NCBI GenBank assembly: GCA_018714005.1
Contig: DVOA01000051.1
Coordinates: forward strand, 106 to 64,105
Direction of reading: 5' to 3'
DNA: 64,000 nt
From: Candidatus Spyradomonas excrementavium
GTDB lineage: Bacteria > Cyanobacteriota > Vampirovibrionia > Gastranaerophilales > Gastranaerophilaceae
Shown: piece by piece, positions 17,553 through 26,333 of the stretch
Layout of the letters: every line of letters starts with the position of its first letter
Numbering within the stretch: position 1 is the first letter of the stretch
Position numbers and translations under genes: made by a program
Notes under the pieces: model-generated
What the model saw: the letters and a program-made list of their open reading frames with translations, nothing else
Database searches by the model: none
What the model was told of the DNA's origin: nothing

Positions 17553-18245
17553 TCAATGCAAAATAATCTTCCCCTGAACCTCTTTTTTCGCGTTTAAGGA
17601 ATTGGAAAGGCTTTTTTTGAGCTCTGCTGTGGTGTTTGCGGTGTAAAACTTCCCGCTTGTCGCAAGAGCGGCGCATTTTAGCTGGTTTTTTGCCTCCTGA
17701 TCAAAGATTGTGAACGCAATTACATCAATAAAAATATCATCACGCTGTTTTATCAGCTCCAGAGCGTAATCGCATGGGCTTTCGTCGCAATTTTCGCCGC
17801 CGTCAGAAAGAAGAATAATCCGTTTTTTGCCGCTAAAGCCCGCAAAATCATAGGTTACAGCCTGTTTAAGCGCATAGGTAATCGGCGTCCAGCCTGTGGG
17901 TTTCAGATTGTACAACGACCCTTGAATCGAACCCGCGCTGCCCTGCGTAATCGGAACAAGCAAACTGCTTGCCTTGCAGGCGGTTGAGGCGAGAAATCCT
18001 GACTTGTGCCCGTAAACCCGCAGTCCGATTTTCTGACTTCTTGGGATTGTGGGCAAAATTTCGTCGATTGTTTCCAGAACCATGTCGATTTTCTTCACCC
18101 CGCGGAATTTTTCCGCCATGCTGTTTGAAAAATCAACGATAAACAGCACCGCCTCGTTATCATCTTCGGGAACGGCAAAAACATTGTTCTGACAGCCAAA
18201 AACAACCCCTGCCGCCGCCAGAAATATAAACAATTTCTTCATCAT
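17553..18245 (-). CDS. Secreted von Willebrand factor A domain protein
   Basis: Signal peptide. MIDAS-like VDFSNSM...GWTPI...LLSDGGEN. Confidence 0.75.
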   Translation of the reverse strand: MMKKLFIFLAAAGVVFGCQNNVFAVPEDDNEAVLFIVDFSNSMAEKFRGVKKIDMVLETIDEILPTIPRSQKIGLRVYGHKSGFLASTACKASSLLVPITQGSAGSIQGSLYNLKPTGWTPITYALKQAVTYDFAGFSGKKRIILLSDGGENCDESPCDYALELIKQRDDIFIDVIAFTIFDQEAKNQLKCAALATSGKFYTANTTAELKKSLSNSLNAKKEVQGKIILH

Positions 18246-18331
18246 TGCATTTTCTCCTTATGTTTTTCATAAGATATCAAATCGCAATGGCTTTTTGAAT
18301 TGTCCTGCCGCCCCTGTCCGGTCGGGCATGT

Positions 18332-18361
18332 AAAAAGGAGGTGCAATTTGCGCCTCCTTTT
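18332..18361 (-). terminator. Terminator after the M48 peptidase gene
   Basis: GGAGGTG-CAATTTG-CGCCTCC flanked by A and T runs. Confidence 0.6.
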
Positions 18362-18377
18362 GCTTTTTCCGGAATTT

Positions 18378-19238
18378 TTATGACCCCGAACCTGTTGACA
18401 TCAGCTGGAGCATGCTGTAGGAGGTGCTCCACGGGTTTGAGGATTTCGCCATATCTCTGGCTCTTTTGAGTTTCTTTTCCTGAAGCTTTTTCTGCTCTTT
18501 TTCAGCTTTGGCTAGCTTTTTCGGGCTTGCTTTTCTGATTTTCAGGTTTGCATAAATAAGCTGGAGCGCTTTCTGGTAAGAATCTGTTTTGTAATTCGCT
18601 TTTACTGTTGCGGGGTAATTGTAATTTGCGTAATCAAAGATTGCAAGAAGTCTTTTTTCGCCCGAGGGGTGGGTTTGGAGGATATCAACGTAATTTCCGC
18701 AGATTTTGTTCAAGACCGAAATCAAAGCGAGCGGGTTATATCCTGCTTTCATCATCAAATCCACCGCGGTGAGGTCGGCTTCTGTTTCATCGCTTCTGCT
18801 GATTTTGGCGGAGGAGAGGGTTTTTGCAAGCTCAACACCGGTTGCGCCTGCTGCTGTTTTAGTTGTCGGGTTGATTTGAGAAATAATTCCGTTTAAAAGG
18901 GTTTGTTTTGCGCAGTGACCGTTGATTATGTGCCCCATTTCATGCGCAATTACGCCTGCGAGCTCATCATCGTTTTCTACGGCCTCCAAAAGCCCTCTAT
19001 AGACGTAAACTTCTTTGTTTATGTTTGCGTATGCATTCACGGTGTCTTCATCTGACACTTTGAACGTAATTCCATCGGGAAGATTGTTTGCTTTGAGGAG
19101 TTTTGTGCCGATTGTATTAACTCTTTTGAGATTTGCCGCAGAATCCCAGTTTGTGGTTGTTGTGGCTGCAAAGCCGGCTGCTGTGCTGAAAATGAATGCA
19201 AAAACGCCCAGAACGAGAGCGAATAATGACTTTTTCAT
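18378..19238 (-). CDS. Secreted M48-family zinc metallopeptidase
   Basis: Signal peptide. HEMGHIINGH (HExxH) and a downstream ETEAD motif. Confidence 0.8.
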   Translation of the reverse strand: MKKSLFALVLGVFAFIFSTAAGFAATTTTNWDSAANLKRVNTIGTKLLKANNLPDGITFKVSDEDTVNAYANINKEVYVYRGLLEAVENDDELAGVIAHEMGHIINGHCAKQTLLNGIISQINPTTKTAAGATGVELAKTLSSAKISRSDETEADLTAVDLMMKAGYNPLALISVLNKICGNYVDILQTHPSGEKRLLAIFDYANYNYPATVKANYKTDSYQKALQLIYANLKIRKASPKKLAKAEKEQKKLQEKKLKRARDMAKSSNPWSTSYSMLQLMSTGSGS

Positions 19239-19321
19239 ACTAAAAATTCCTTTCTCATATCCATAATCCGAACTTATAAATAAATTATAGCGTAGAGTTG
19301 ATGATTTTGATAGTAAAAAGA

Positions 19322-19933
19322 TTATTTTTCTATGAATACATGGTTTCCGTTAATAGTAATCCATTTTCCGTTAGTTGTGCCGGAAGCGCTGGATTTTTTG
19401 CCTTTGGAGGAACGGTTTTGGAGGCGAGAATTTCTGCTTTGCTGCATGTTGCGCCATTTTTCTTTGATTTCATCAGTAAATTTTTCCCCGGGGCTTCTAT
19501 ATTTTCTGGTATCATTTGGATTTGTGATTAATTCACCATTTCTCATTTTTTCCATAACCTTTTCGGCAATTTTGTCGTCTAATTCTGAACGTTTTATTAA
19601 TTTGTTCCGGTTTTCTTCTTTGATTTCTTTAGCTATGCGTCTTCCTATTTCATTGTTCCATTTATCCATATTTTCTTCGCCGGAAGACTGGCCCATAGTT
19701 ATTCTTCCTTGCAATTCATGAATGTTTCCCATTACTTCACTTATATTTTTGTTGTATCTCAATGCTATATCAGCTGCAGCAAAAGTATGTTTGAATGCGT
19801 CTGCTTCATTATTCCAAGTGTCCAGATTGCCTTTACCAATTTCAAACCCATATTTTTTTTGATATTTTTTTGTTTTTGCATAAACCTCTGAACTGTAGTT
19901 ACTTGCAGGACTTTTGAATTTGTTTGTTGTCAT
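19322..19933 (-). CDS. Hypothetical toxin-like protein (unassigned family)
   Basis: No signal peptide. EADAFKHTFAAA...HE...EENMDKWNNEIGRR, basic/Ser-rich linker, C-terminal GKWITINGNHVFIE. SD AAGGAA. Confidence 0.5.
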   Translation of the reverse strand: MTTNKFKSPASNYSSEVYAKTKKYQKKYGFEIGKGNLDTWNNEADAFKHTFAAADIALRYNKNISEVMGNIHELQGRITMGQSSGEENMDKWNNEIGRRIAKEIKEENRNKLIKRSELDDKIAEKVMEKMRNGELITNPNDTRKYRSPGEKFTDEIKEKWRNMQQSRNSRLQNRSSKGKKSSASGTTNGKWITINGNHVFIEK

Positions 19934-19971
19934 AATAATTCCTTTCTTTTATTTTGTAGTATAATGTTTGG

Positions 19972-20346
19972 ATGAACTGTAAATCTTTAGTTTCTGTTAG
20001 ATTTTTATGCGCTTTAGGCTATTTGAATATGCTTTTTAGCTTTTATGCGCTTTTTGTTCAGATTAATTTTGATAAATTTATTTCTCCTCGTTTTTTTGTA
20101 TCGTTGGAAAGTATGAGTTTTGTATATTTGTGTTTCACCGCAGCTGTTTATTTGTTGTTTTTCGTGTCATTATTTGAGTTCAGATTCAAAGAAAATCAGG
20201 TTTTGAGAATAAAAGATTTATCTGAAATAGTTTTGCCCCAAACCTCAATTTCCCGTCTAAAATCAGGATTGTTCTATTTCGGACTGGTGTATGATGCGTT
20301 TTTTACATTTTTTTATACTTCCTTTTTAGTATTTGTTTATTTGTAA
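19972..20346 (+). CDS. Small multi-pass membrane protein, cassette 1
   Basis: Hydrophobic 124-aa ORF. TATAAT 6 nt upstream of the ATG and no SD. Confidence 0.45.
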   Translation: MNCKSLVSVRFLCALGYLNMLFSFYALFVQINFDKFISPRFFVSLESMSFVYLCFTAAVYLLFFVSLFEFRFKENQVLRIKDLSEIVLPQTSISRLKSGLFYFGLVYDAFFTFFYTSFLVFVYL

Positions 20347-20397
20347 CCATCTTTTCTTTTGTCATAATAATTCCTCCATTTATGTTAATATTCTTTT

Positions 20398-20778
20398 ATG
20401 AAAATAAATTCTCTAGATGAATATTTTTCACTTAATCTGATAGCTTTGCTCGGATTATCACTATTTTTGCATTATTTGTGGTGGTCTTTGATGATATTGA
20501 CCCCTGTGGAGCCCGGGATGGCATTTTTTGCAAATTATGGAATTTTTGAGCATGTTATCGGTTATTTAGCGAGATTTCATATTCCATTTGTTTTGATTTT
20601 ATTTATAGTTTTTATAGTTGAATTTTTGCTCTATGACGGGTCTGACAAAGTAACTGTCATCCCTGATCATCTTCCTAAAAATAAAGCATATATATCCTTA
20701 TTTTATTTTGGAATTTTCATTTCAATAACCCCGTTTTTGATTTATCTGGTTTTATATTGTGTAATATGCTTTTTTTAA
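20398..20778 (+). CDS. Small multi-pass membrane protein, cassette 2
   Basis: 126 aa. TAATAT 6 nt upstream of the ATG and no SD. Confidence 0.5.
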   Translation: MKINSLDEYFSLNLIALLGLSLFLHYLWWSLMILTPVEPGMAFFANYGIFEHVIGYLARFHIPFVLILFIVFIVEFLLYDGSDKVTVIPDHLPKNKAYISLFYFGIFISITPFLIYLVLYCVICFF

Positions 20779-20903
20779 ATTAAATTAACCTCCTTTCTTC
20801 TCATTATTGTATAAAACGCATTATACCAGATTGTTTTGAGCCATTTAGGTCAACTTTTGCGCTGTGATTTGTTTTTTCCTCCTCAATTCAGTATAATAAC
20901 CCT

Positions 20904-21323
20904 ATGAAAATTGACTTTTACGCCCATAAAAAATTTTATGGTACTCATGTGATGGCATTGTTAGGTTTTTCCCACCTTAAGCTTTCTATATTTATTAGTG
21001 GTGAACCTATATTTTTGATGTTTCTTTACCCTCTATTTTTAGCTATATACAGTATTCCTGCCATCTTTTTTATTATTGATTTTTCAATTAAACGAACCAT
21101 AAAAAAAACATTTTTTTTACGAAATATTTTATATGATATTCTTGTAGATATAGGTTTGTTTTGCTATATAGCTCCTTTCTATGCGCTTTTAATTTCTTTT
21201 CTTCCTGTTTATAGACTTAGAAATTTTACTAAAATGGATTTTCTTCCCCTTTTGCTACTATTTGTTATTTTTCAAGTGTTGAAAATGTATCAAAGTATCA
21301 AAGAAAAACAACAAAAGTCCTGA
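20904..21323 (+). CDS. Small multi-pass membrane protein, cassette 3
   Basis: 139 aa, MKIDFYAHKKFYG...KEKQQKS. Paralog of cassette 4. TATAAT 6 nt upstream of the ATG. Confidence 0.6.
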   Translation: MKIDFYAHKKFYGTHVMALLGFSHLKLSIFISGEPIFLMFLYPLFLAIYSIPAIFFIIDFSIKRTIKKTFFLRNILYDILVDIGLFCYIAPFYALLISFLPVYRLRNFTKMDFLPLLLLFVIFQVLKMYQSIKEKQQKS

Positions 21324-21410
21324 TTTTCATAACAAAACGCATTATACCAGATTGTTTTGAGCCATTTAGGTCAACTTTTGCTTTCCTCCTCAATTTGGTA
21401 TAATAATCCT

Positions 21411-21836
21411 ATGAAAATTGACCTTTACGCTCCTAAAAAATTATATGGTGCTCACGTTATGGCGTTTTCCGGATGGCTTGTTGTGTTATTATATGAGTTA
21501 TTCTTTCCTATGAATGGAAAACATTGCGGAACCGGTATTGGAATATGTATTGCTTTTATGTTTTTAGTTTATATTTGGTTTCTTATGGTAATAATGATAA
21601 TTTTTACGATTGATAAATTTACTAAAAAACGTGTAACAAAACCATTCTTTCTCCACAATTTAATTTATGATATTTTCTTTGATGCAGGCATTGTTTTAAT
21701 GCTCACCCCTTTCTTCTGGTTTGGTACAGATTGTGTTATGTCCATAAAAAATATAATCCCCCTTGTACTAATTTTTCTTTTAATCCGTGGTCTGAAAAGA
21801 AACCAGCGTATTCGTGAAAAACAACAAAAGTCCTGA
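21411..21836 (+). CDS. Small multi-pass membrane protein, cassette 4
   Basis: MKIDLYAPKKLYG...REKQQKS. Extended -10 TGGTATAAT (21396-21404) 6 nt upstream of the ATG. The ORF-track start at 21357 is rejected. Confidence 0.6.
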   Translation: MKIDLYAPKKLYGAHVMAFSGWLVVLLYELFFPMNGKHCGTGIGICIAFMFLVYIWFLMVIMIIFTIDKFTKKRVTKPFFLHNLIYDIFFDAGIVLMLTPFFWFGTDCVMSIKNIIPLVLIFLLIRGLKRNQRIREKQQKS

Positions 21837-22181
21837 TTTCCATGACAAAACGCATTATACCAGATTGTATTGAGCCATTTAGGTCAACTTTTTTGCGTTG
21901 TTGCAATAAAAAACTACATTATCCTGCCTAATCCAAATCCATTACGCACAAATCTCAAAAATCCCTCACACGTATTATTTTTCAAATCCCGAAAATCCCG
22001 AAAAATCGGCAAAAAACGGGATTTCTAAACCCTGTGGTCTAGACCCTGTTATCTAAAGAAAAAGTCGGATATTTCAATCCTGTAGCCGATGAGAAACTAC
22101 TCCGACGGGAGGTAATATGGATTTGTAAATAATATATTCGCACTAAATGTACAAAAAAATATTGGGGAGGAGCACAGAGCT

Positions 22182-22892
22182 ATGAGAAGAAGCCTGGAGT
22201 TTAAGAAAAAAGCAAGAGTCATAATTGTTGATGACAATTATGAGCACCTTTCAGGGATTAGGGAACTGATTGAGGTAGAAAGCGACTTTGACGTGGTGGC
22301 GACAGCTACCTGCGCAAGCGTTGCAATAAGCTTAATCAAAAAGTATCGTCCCGAAATCGTCTTGATGGACATTAATATGCCCGAAAAAGACGGCTTGACT
22401 GCGATAGCAGAAATCGAAAATCTGGATTTAGGGGTCCGGACGATTGCATTGACGGGATATGACGACCCTGATTTGATTTTCAGGGCAATGAAGATAGGTG
22501 CAAAGGGATATATTCTTAAAACCATGGCTTCGGCTCAGCTCATTTATGCGATTGAAGAAGTTGCGGCAGGCAAAATCTACCTCCCCTCGACTTTATCCTC
22601 GCGTTTCTTTGAATACTTCCAGAACTCGTTCAAAGAAGAAAACCAGTCGATTATGGACGAAGAAAATCTTCTTAACTACCTCACACAAAGAGAAGAAGAA
22701 GTCCTCGACCTTTTGACACAGGGAATCACCTACAAAGGCGTTGCACAAAAGCTGTTTATTTCTGAAACAACCGTAAAAACCCACGTAAACAACATTTTCC
22801 AGAAATTACAGGTAAACGACCGCACACAGGCCGTACTTTACGCACTTAACAACGGATTTTTAAACAGAAGACGTGTAAAAATCGCAATCTAA
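22182..22892 (+). CDS. NarL/LuxR-family response regulator
   Basis: REC domain (IIVDD...VLMDINMPEKDG...KGYILK) plus LuxR HTH (LTQREEEVLDLL...ISETTVKTHVNNIFQKL). Confidence 0.85.
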   Translation: MRRSLEFKKKARVIIVDDNYEHLSGIRELIEVESDFDVVATATCASVAISLIKKYRPEIVLMDINMPEKDGLTAIAEIENLDLGVRTIALTGYDDPDLIFRAMKIGAKGYILKTMASAQLIYAIEEVAAGKIYLPSTLSSRFFEYFQNSFKEENQSIMDEENLLNYLTQREEEVLDLLTQGITYKGVAQKLFISETTVKTHVNNIFQKLQVNDRTQAVLYALNNGFLNRRRVKIAI

Positions 22893-22898
22893 AAATAT

Positions 22899-22923
22899 GT
22901 CACCCTGAACTTGTTTCAGGGTC
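22899..22923. repeat. Solo H4 hairpin between the response regulator and kinase genes
   Basis: GTCACCCTGAACTTGTTTCAGGGTC. Confidence 0.9.
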
Positions 22924-23011
22924 TATTCCACTTGAAATATACATTTCAAGCTGACAAGATTCCTGATAAAGTTCAAAATGACATCTATTTTAATTACAAT
23001 TAACCGTATTT

Positions 23012-24301
23012 GTGAAGAAAACAAGAAAAATGACATTACCGAACTACAAAAAGAACTTTCTAAAAGATTTAGTCTATCTTGCACAAACAAAACCCGTGCA
23101 TAAGACTATAATCAAGGGGCTTTTCCGCTTTGCACTCGAGCCTTTGCTTGAGGCGCAGAACCAGAAAGCCGTTGTTCTTATCCGCATGTTCGATACGTCA
23201 GAAACCGAGGGCGTTTTAAAGCGCCTCGAGTTCAATCAGGCTGAAGTTTATTCTTTTTGCGACAATCTCAAAGGCGAAAACCTTGAAAGAGAAAAAATCT
23301 GGGGCGATACGGAGTTTCTCGTGGTGCTTTCGCCCAGATATTCAGCGGTTTTGGTCTGGGATTATTCGACCGAAGAAGTCAAAGATACATCGTGCCTTTA
23401 TTACCTGCTCAACTCCCGTGATGTAAACAACGTAATCCGCACGATTTCGGCGAATTCTTTGATTGATTTGAACCGGTATATTATTGAATTTACGCCAGAG
23501 CGCCGCGCAAATGAACTTTTAAACAAGGCTGTGCACAAATTTATTGATTATGCGAACAGTTTTCTTGAAGAAGCAAGCGCTTCAAAGGCTGAAAACAACC
23601 TGCTCGAGGCAAATGAAGAACTTCTTCAAAAATACGAATACATTTCAAACAAAGCAAAACTAATTTCTCACGAAATCAAAAATCACCTTTCCGTCATCGA
23701 CCTTTATTCAAAAATAATCGAAAAAAGATGCGAAAAACTCGAAGACGGCGAGGAAAAAACCTCAATTTGCGGCGGCGTGAAGTGCATTAAAAAGTCAAAA
23801 GAAATGATTGCACAAATGCTGTCGGAATTAAAAACAATTCAGGTTCCGAATGTCCTGCCCGTGAGCTTAAAAGACATGCTGGCGACCCTGAACGATTTGA
23901 CTGCGCCATGCGCGGCTGAAAAAGGCAAGGAGCTTGTCATAAAAAATGACCTTGACGCCCAAATCCTCGCAGATGAGGGAAAAACACTGAATGTTTTGAT
24001 GAATCTGGTTTACAATGCTCTGGATTTTGCAGGAAAAGACGGGCAAAAGGGCAAAGTCGAGGTGGAAGCGCAAAACGCCGGCACAAACATGCTCAAAATC
24101 CTTGTAAAAGACAACGGATGCGGCGTTCCGGACGAAGTTAAAGACAAAATCTTTGAAAAAGGTTTCACTTCAAGAGTTACCGGCAACGGGCTCGGGCTTT
24201 ATATCTCAAAATCAACCATGCAGGAGCAATACGGCGATTTAAAGCTTGTTGAAGACTATAAAGACGGTGCGGCTTTTGAAATTGAAGTCCCGATGTTGTA
24301 A
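23012..24301 (+). CDS. Cytoplasmic sensor histidine kinase with an uncharacterised N-terminal sensor domain
   Basis: H-box SHEIKNHLSVI. HATPase N/G boxes (NLVYNALDFA, DNGCGVP, GNGLGLYISK). Start 23012 (GTG) or 23030. Confidence 0.8.
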   Translation: MKKTRKMTLPNYKKNFLKDLVYLAQTKPVHKTIIKGLFRFALEPLLEAQNQKAVVLIRMFDTSETEGVLKRLEFNQAEVYSFCDNLKGENLEREKIWGDTEFLVVLSPRYSAVLVWDYSTEEVKDTSCLYYLLNSRDVNNVIRTISANSLIDLNRYIIEFTPERRANELLNKAVHKFIDYANSFLEEASASKAENNLLEANEELLQKYEYISNKAKLISHEIKNHLSVIDLYSKIIEKRCEKLEDGEEKTSICGGVKCIKKSKEMIAQMLSELKTIQVPNVLPVSLKDMLATLNDLTAPCAAEKGKELVIKNDLDAQILADEGKTLNVLMNLVYNALDFAGKDGQKGKVEVEAQNAGTNMLKILVKDNGCGVPDEVKDKIFEKGFTSRVTGNGLGLYISKSTMQEQYGDLKLVEDYKDGAAFEIEVPML

Positions 24302-24315
24302 GGGAGGACGAAATT

Positions 24316-24777
24316 ATGGATTTATTGAACATAAGAGCGGTAGAAGTTACAAAACTGGCGATGGACGGGCTCCTTGAACGCCAGAAAGCTATTGCTTCCA
24401 ACACCGCAAACTCAATGACAGACGGTTATCAGCGAAAAGATGTGGCTTTTGAAGACCAGCTCAGAGATATTATCTCAAAAGACGAAATCCGAAAAGAAAT
24501 CCGCATGCAAAACAGCGTAAACCCTCTCAGCGCCAATGCTGCGCAAAAACTTACGCGCGAACATGCGATTTTTCTGAACCAGCGCGATTATAACGAAAAC
24601 TTCAAGCCTGAAATCCTCGGTGATTATTCAGAATGCGACTACGGAAACGGAAACAACGTCGATATTGAAGAAGAAATGATGGACATGGCAAAAACCGGTA
24701 CCCAGTACCAGATTATGTCCTCTCTGGAAAGCAAAATGCTGACCAACATCGCCCAAATTGTAAAAGGCGGGCAATAA
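24316..24777 (+). CDS. flgB: Flagellar basal-body rod protein FlgB
   Basis: LERQKAIASNTANSMTDGYQRKDV. Conserved C-terminal rod motif region. Confidence 0.85.
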   Translation: MDLLNIRAVEVTKLAMDGLLERQKAIASNTANSMTDGYQRKDVAFEDQLRDIISKDEIRKEIRMQNSVNPLSANAAQKLTREHAIFLNQRDYNENFKPEILGDYSECDYGNGNNVDIEEEMMDMAKTGTQYQIMSSLESKMLTNIAQIVKGGQ

Positions 24778-24793
24778 ATAGCAAAAACGTCGT

Positions 24794-24810
24794 CCTGAAC
24801 GGGTTTCAGG
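24794..24810. repeat. Hairpin module between flgB and flgC
   Basis: CCTGAACGGGTTTCAGG. Confidence 0.8.
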
Positions 24811-24854
24811 GGCTAATCAGTGATTAGACAAGGCTTTATAGGAGAAATTTTTAA

Positions 24855-25361
24855 ATGAGTTTCAGCTCTTTTGATATCAGTGCATCGGGCATGCACGCAC
24901 AGCGGGTAAAAATGGATACGATTGCGAGCAATATTGCAAACGTCAACACAACCCGCCATCCTGACGGTTCTCCGGGCGTTTACGTCAAGAAAAACGTAAC
25001 TTTCAAGGCGATTTATCAGGATAAACTCGGCTCAACCGCACCGCCGTTTCCGAGTGGCGACCATGAGGCTTATTGGAGCGCAAACAACGGAACAGTAGCG
25101 CTCAGGGGCGGAATTACCTACGATGAGAGAAATCTTGCGCAGGGCGTACAGGTTGAGGAGATTACCGAGGCAAAAGACCCTTACAAAACAATCTACGACC
25201 CGTCAAACCCCGAAGCGGACGAGGAGGGCTACGTAATTGTTCCGAATATCAACGTTGTGGAAGAAATGGTCAACATGGTTTCCGCGTCACGCGCCTATGA
25301 GGCAAATGCAGCCACCGCAGAAACCACAAAAGGCATGATTTCTGCCGCATTAAGAATCTAA
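24855..25361 (+). CDS. flgC: Flagellar basal-body rod protein FlgC
   Basis: ISASGMHAQRVKMDTIASNIANVNTTR...VEEMVNMVSASRAYEAN. Confidence 0.9.
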   Translation: MSFSSFDISASGMHAQRVKMDTIASNIANVNTTRHPDGSPGVYVKKNVTFKAIYQDKLGSTAPPFPSGDHEAYWSANNGTVALRGGITYDERNLAQGVQVEEITEAKDPYKTIYDPSNPEADEEGYVIVPNINVVEEMVNMVSASRAYEANAATAETTKGMISAALRI

Positions 25362-25375
25362 ATTCGCATATTGTC

Positions 25376-25430
25376 ATTCTGAACCTGTTTCAGAATCGCA
25401 AAAACATGAAAATCCTGAACCGGGTTCAGC
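25376..25430. repeat. Two hairpin modules between flgC and fliE
   Basis: ATTCTGAACCTGTTTCAGAAT and CCTGAACCGGGTTCAGC. Confidence 0.8.
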
Positions 25431-25461
25431 CGGACAGATAAAAAATCCAAAAGGTTAAAAA

Positions 25462-25953
25462 ATGAACATTCCAATGAACAATTTAAACTCAATAGCCGGT
25501 TATAACAAGGTTTTTGACCAGAATTTGCAGCAATTCAACAAAAGCCTTGAACAGAGCGAAACGCAGTTTGATAAAGTGCTTAATCAGCAAACCGCAATGA
25601 TGGACGCCAACCCGCCTGTTATAAACGGAAACATTGAGCTTAATGTCGGGCTCGAAAATATGGGGATTACGCCGATAGAGGGGCTTGAGGGGGCTTCTGA
25701 CGTGAAAAAAGCCTCGCCTGTTGAACAAACTGCAAAGGATTTCGGGCAGGCTTTCAGCAACGGGTTGAATTCGGTGAACAATTTGCAGGCTGACGCCGAA
25801 TCTGCAGCGGAAATTATGGCGTCAGGCGGTGATATCAGCGCTCATGACGTAATGATTGCCGCAGAAAAAGCCAATATCTCAATGCAGATGGCTATCCAGC
25901 TCAGAAACAAGATTATTTCAGCTTACAATGAAATTAACAATGTAAGAATTTAA
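25462..25953 (+). CDS. fliE: Flagellar hook-basal body protein FliE (long form)
   Basis: C-terminal DVMIAAEKANISMQMAIQLRNKIISAYNEINNVRI. Confidence 0.8.
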   Translation: MNIPMNNLNSIAGYNKVFDQNLQQFNKSLEQSETQFDKVLNQQTAMMDANPPVINGNIELNVGLENMGITPIEGLEGASDVKKASPVEQTAKDFGQAFSNGLNSVNNLQADAESAAEIMASGGDISAHDVMIAAEKANISMQMAIQLRNKIISAYNEINNVRI

Positions 25954-25954
25954 T

Positions 25955-26179
25955 ATGAAAATCAACGAACTAAACGACTATATTCTTGTAAAGTATCTGA
26001 TTGACGAAGAAAAAATTTCGCATAAAGAACTTTCTGAAAAACTGGATGAATATAAGGGCAAAAAAACATCACCTTCTAACCTTTCCAACAAACTCAAAAA
26101 TAATCGGCTCCGCCTTGATGAACTGCGTTTTATCTGTGAATATCTGGGCTATGATTTGATAATTGAAAAGAAAAAATAG
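25955..26179 (+). CDS. Small hypothetical protein, possibly HTH-like, start adjacent to the fliE stop
   Basis: 74 aa. ATG follows the fliE stop in TAATATG. Confidence 0.4.
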   Translation: MKINELNDYILVKYLIDEEKISHKELSEKLDEYKGKKTSPSNLSNKLKNNRLRLDELRFICEYLGYDLIIEKKK

Positions 26180-26263
26180 CTCACACGAGCCGTCTTGACG
26201 GCGCGCCGGGGGTTTTTTCTTGATTTGCGGACTGTCAGGCAGGCATTTTCCCCTATTTACCTG

Positions 26264-26293
26264 TTGACAAAGCGGTTATAAAGACCATAGAAT
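26264..26293 (+). promoter_or_regulatory. Candidate infC promoter
   Basis: TTGACA-18 nt-TAGAAT. Confidence 0.45.
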
Positions 26294-26333
26294 AATTAAA
26301 GTACAGATATAAGGCGAAATAAGGAGAAAAATT

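Larger units (their letters stand above)
20813..21892 (+). repeat. ~515-bp tandem duplication carrying cassettes 3 and 4, plus a third copy of the 46-nt head with no gene after it
   Basis: AAAACGCATTATACCAGATTGT(T/A)TTGAGCCATTTAGGTCAACTTTT at 20813, 21334 and 21847. The gene 3' ends and the following ~20 nt are also repeated. Confidence 0.9.
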
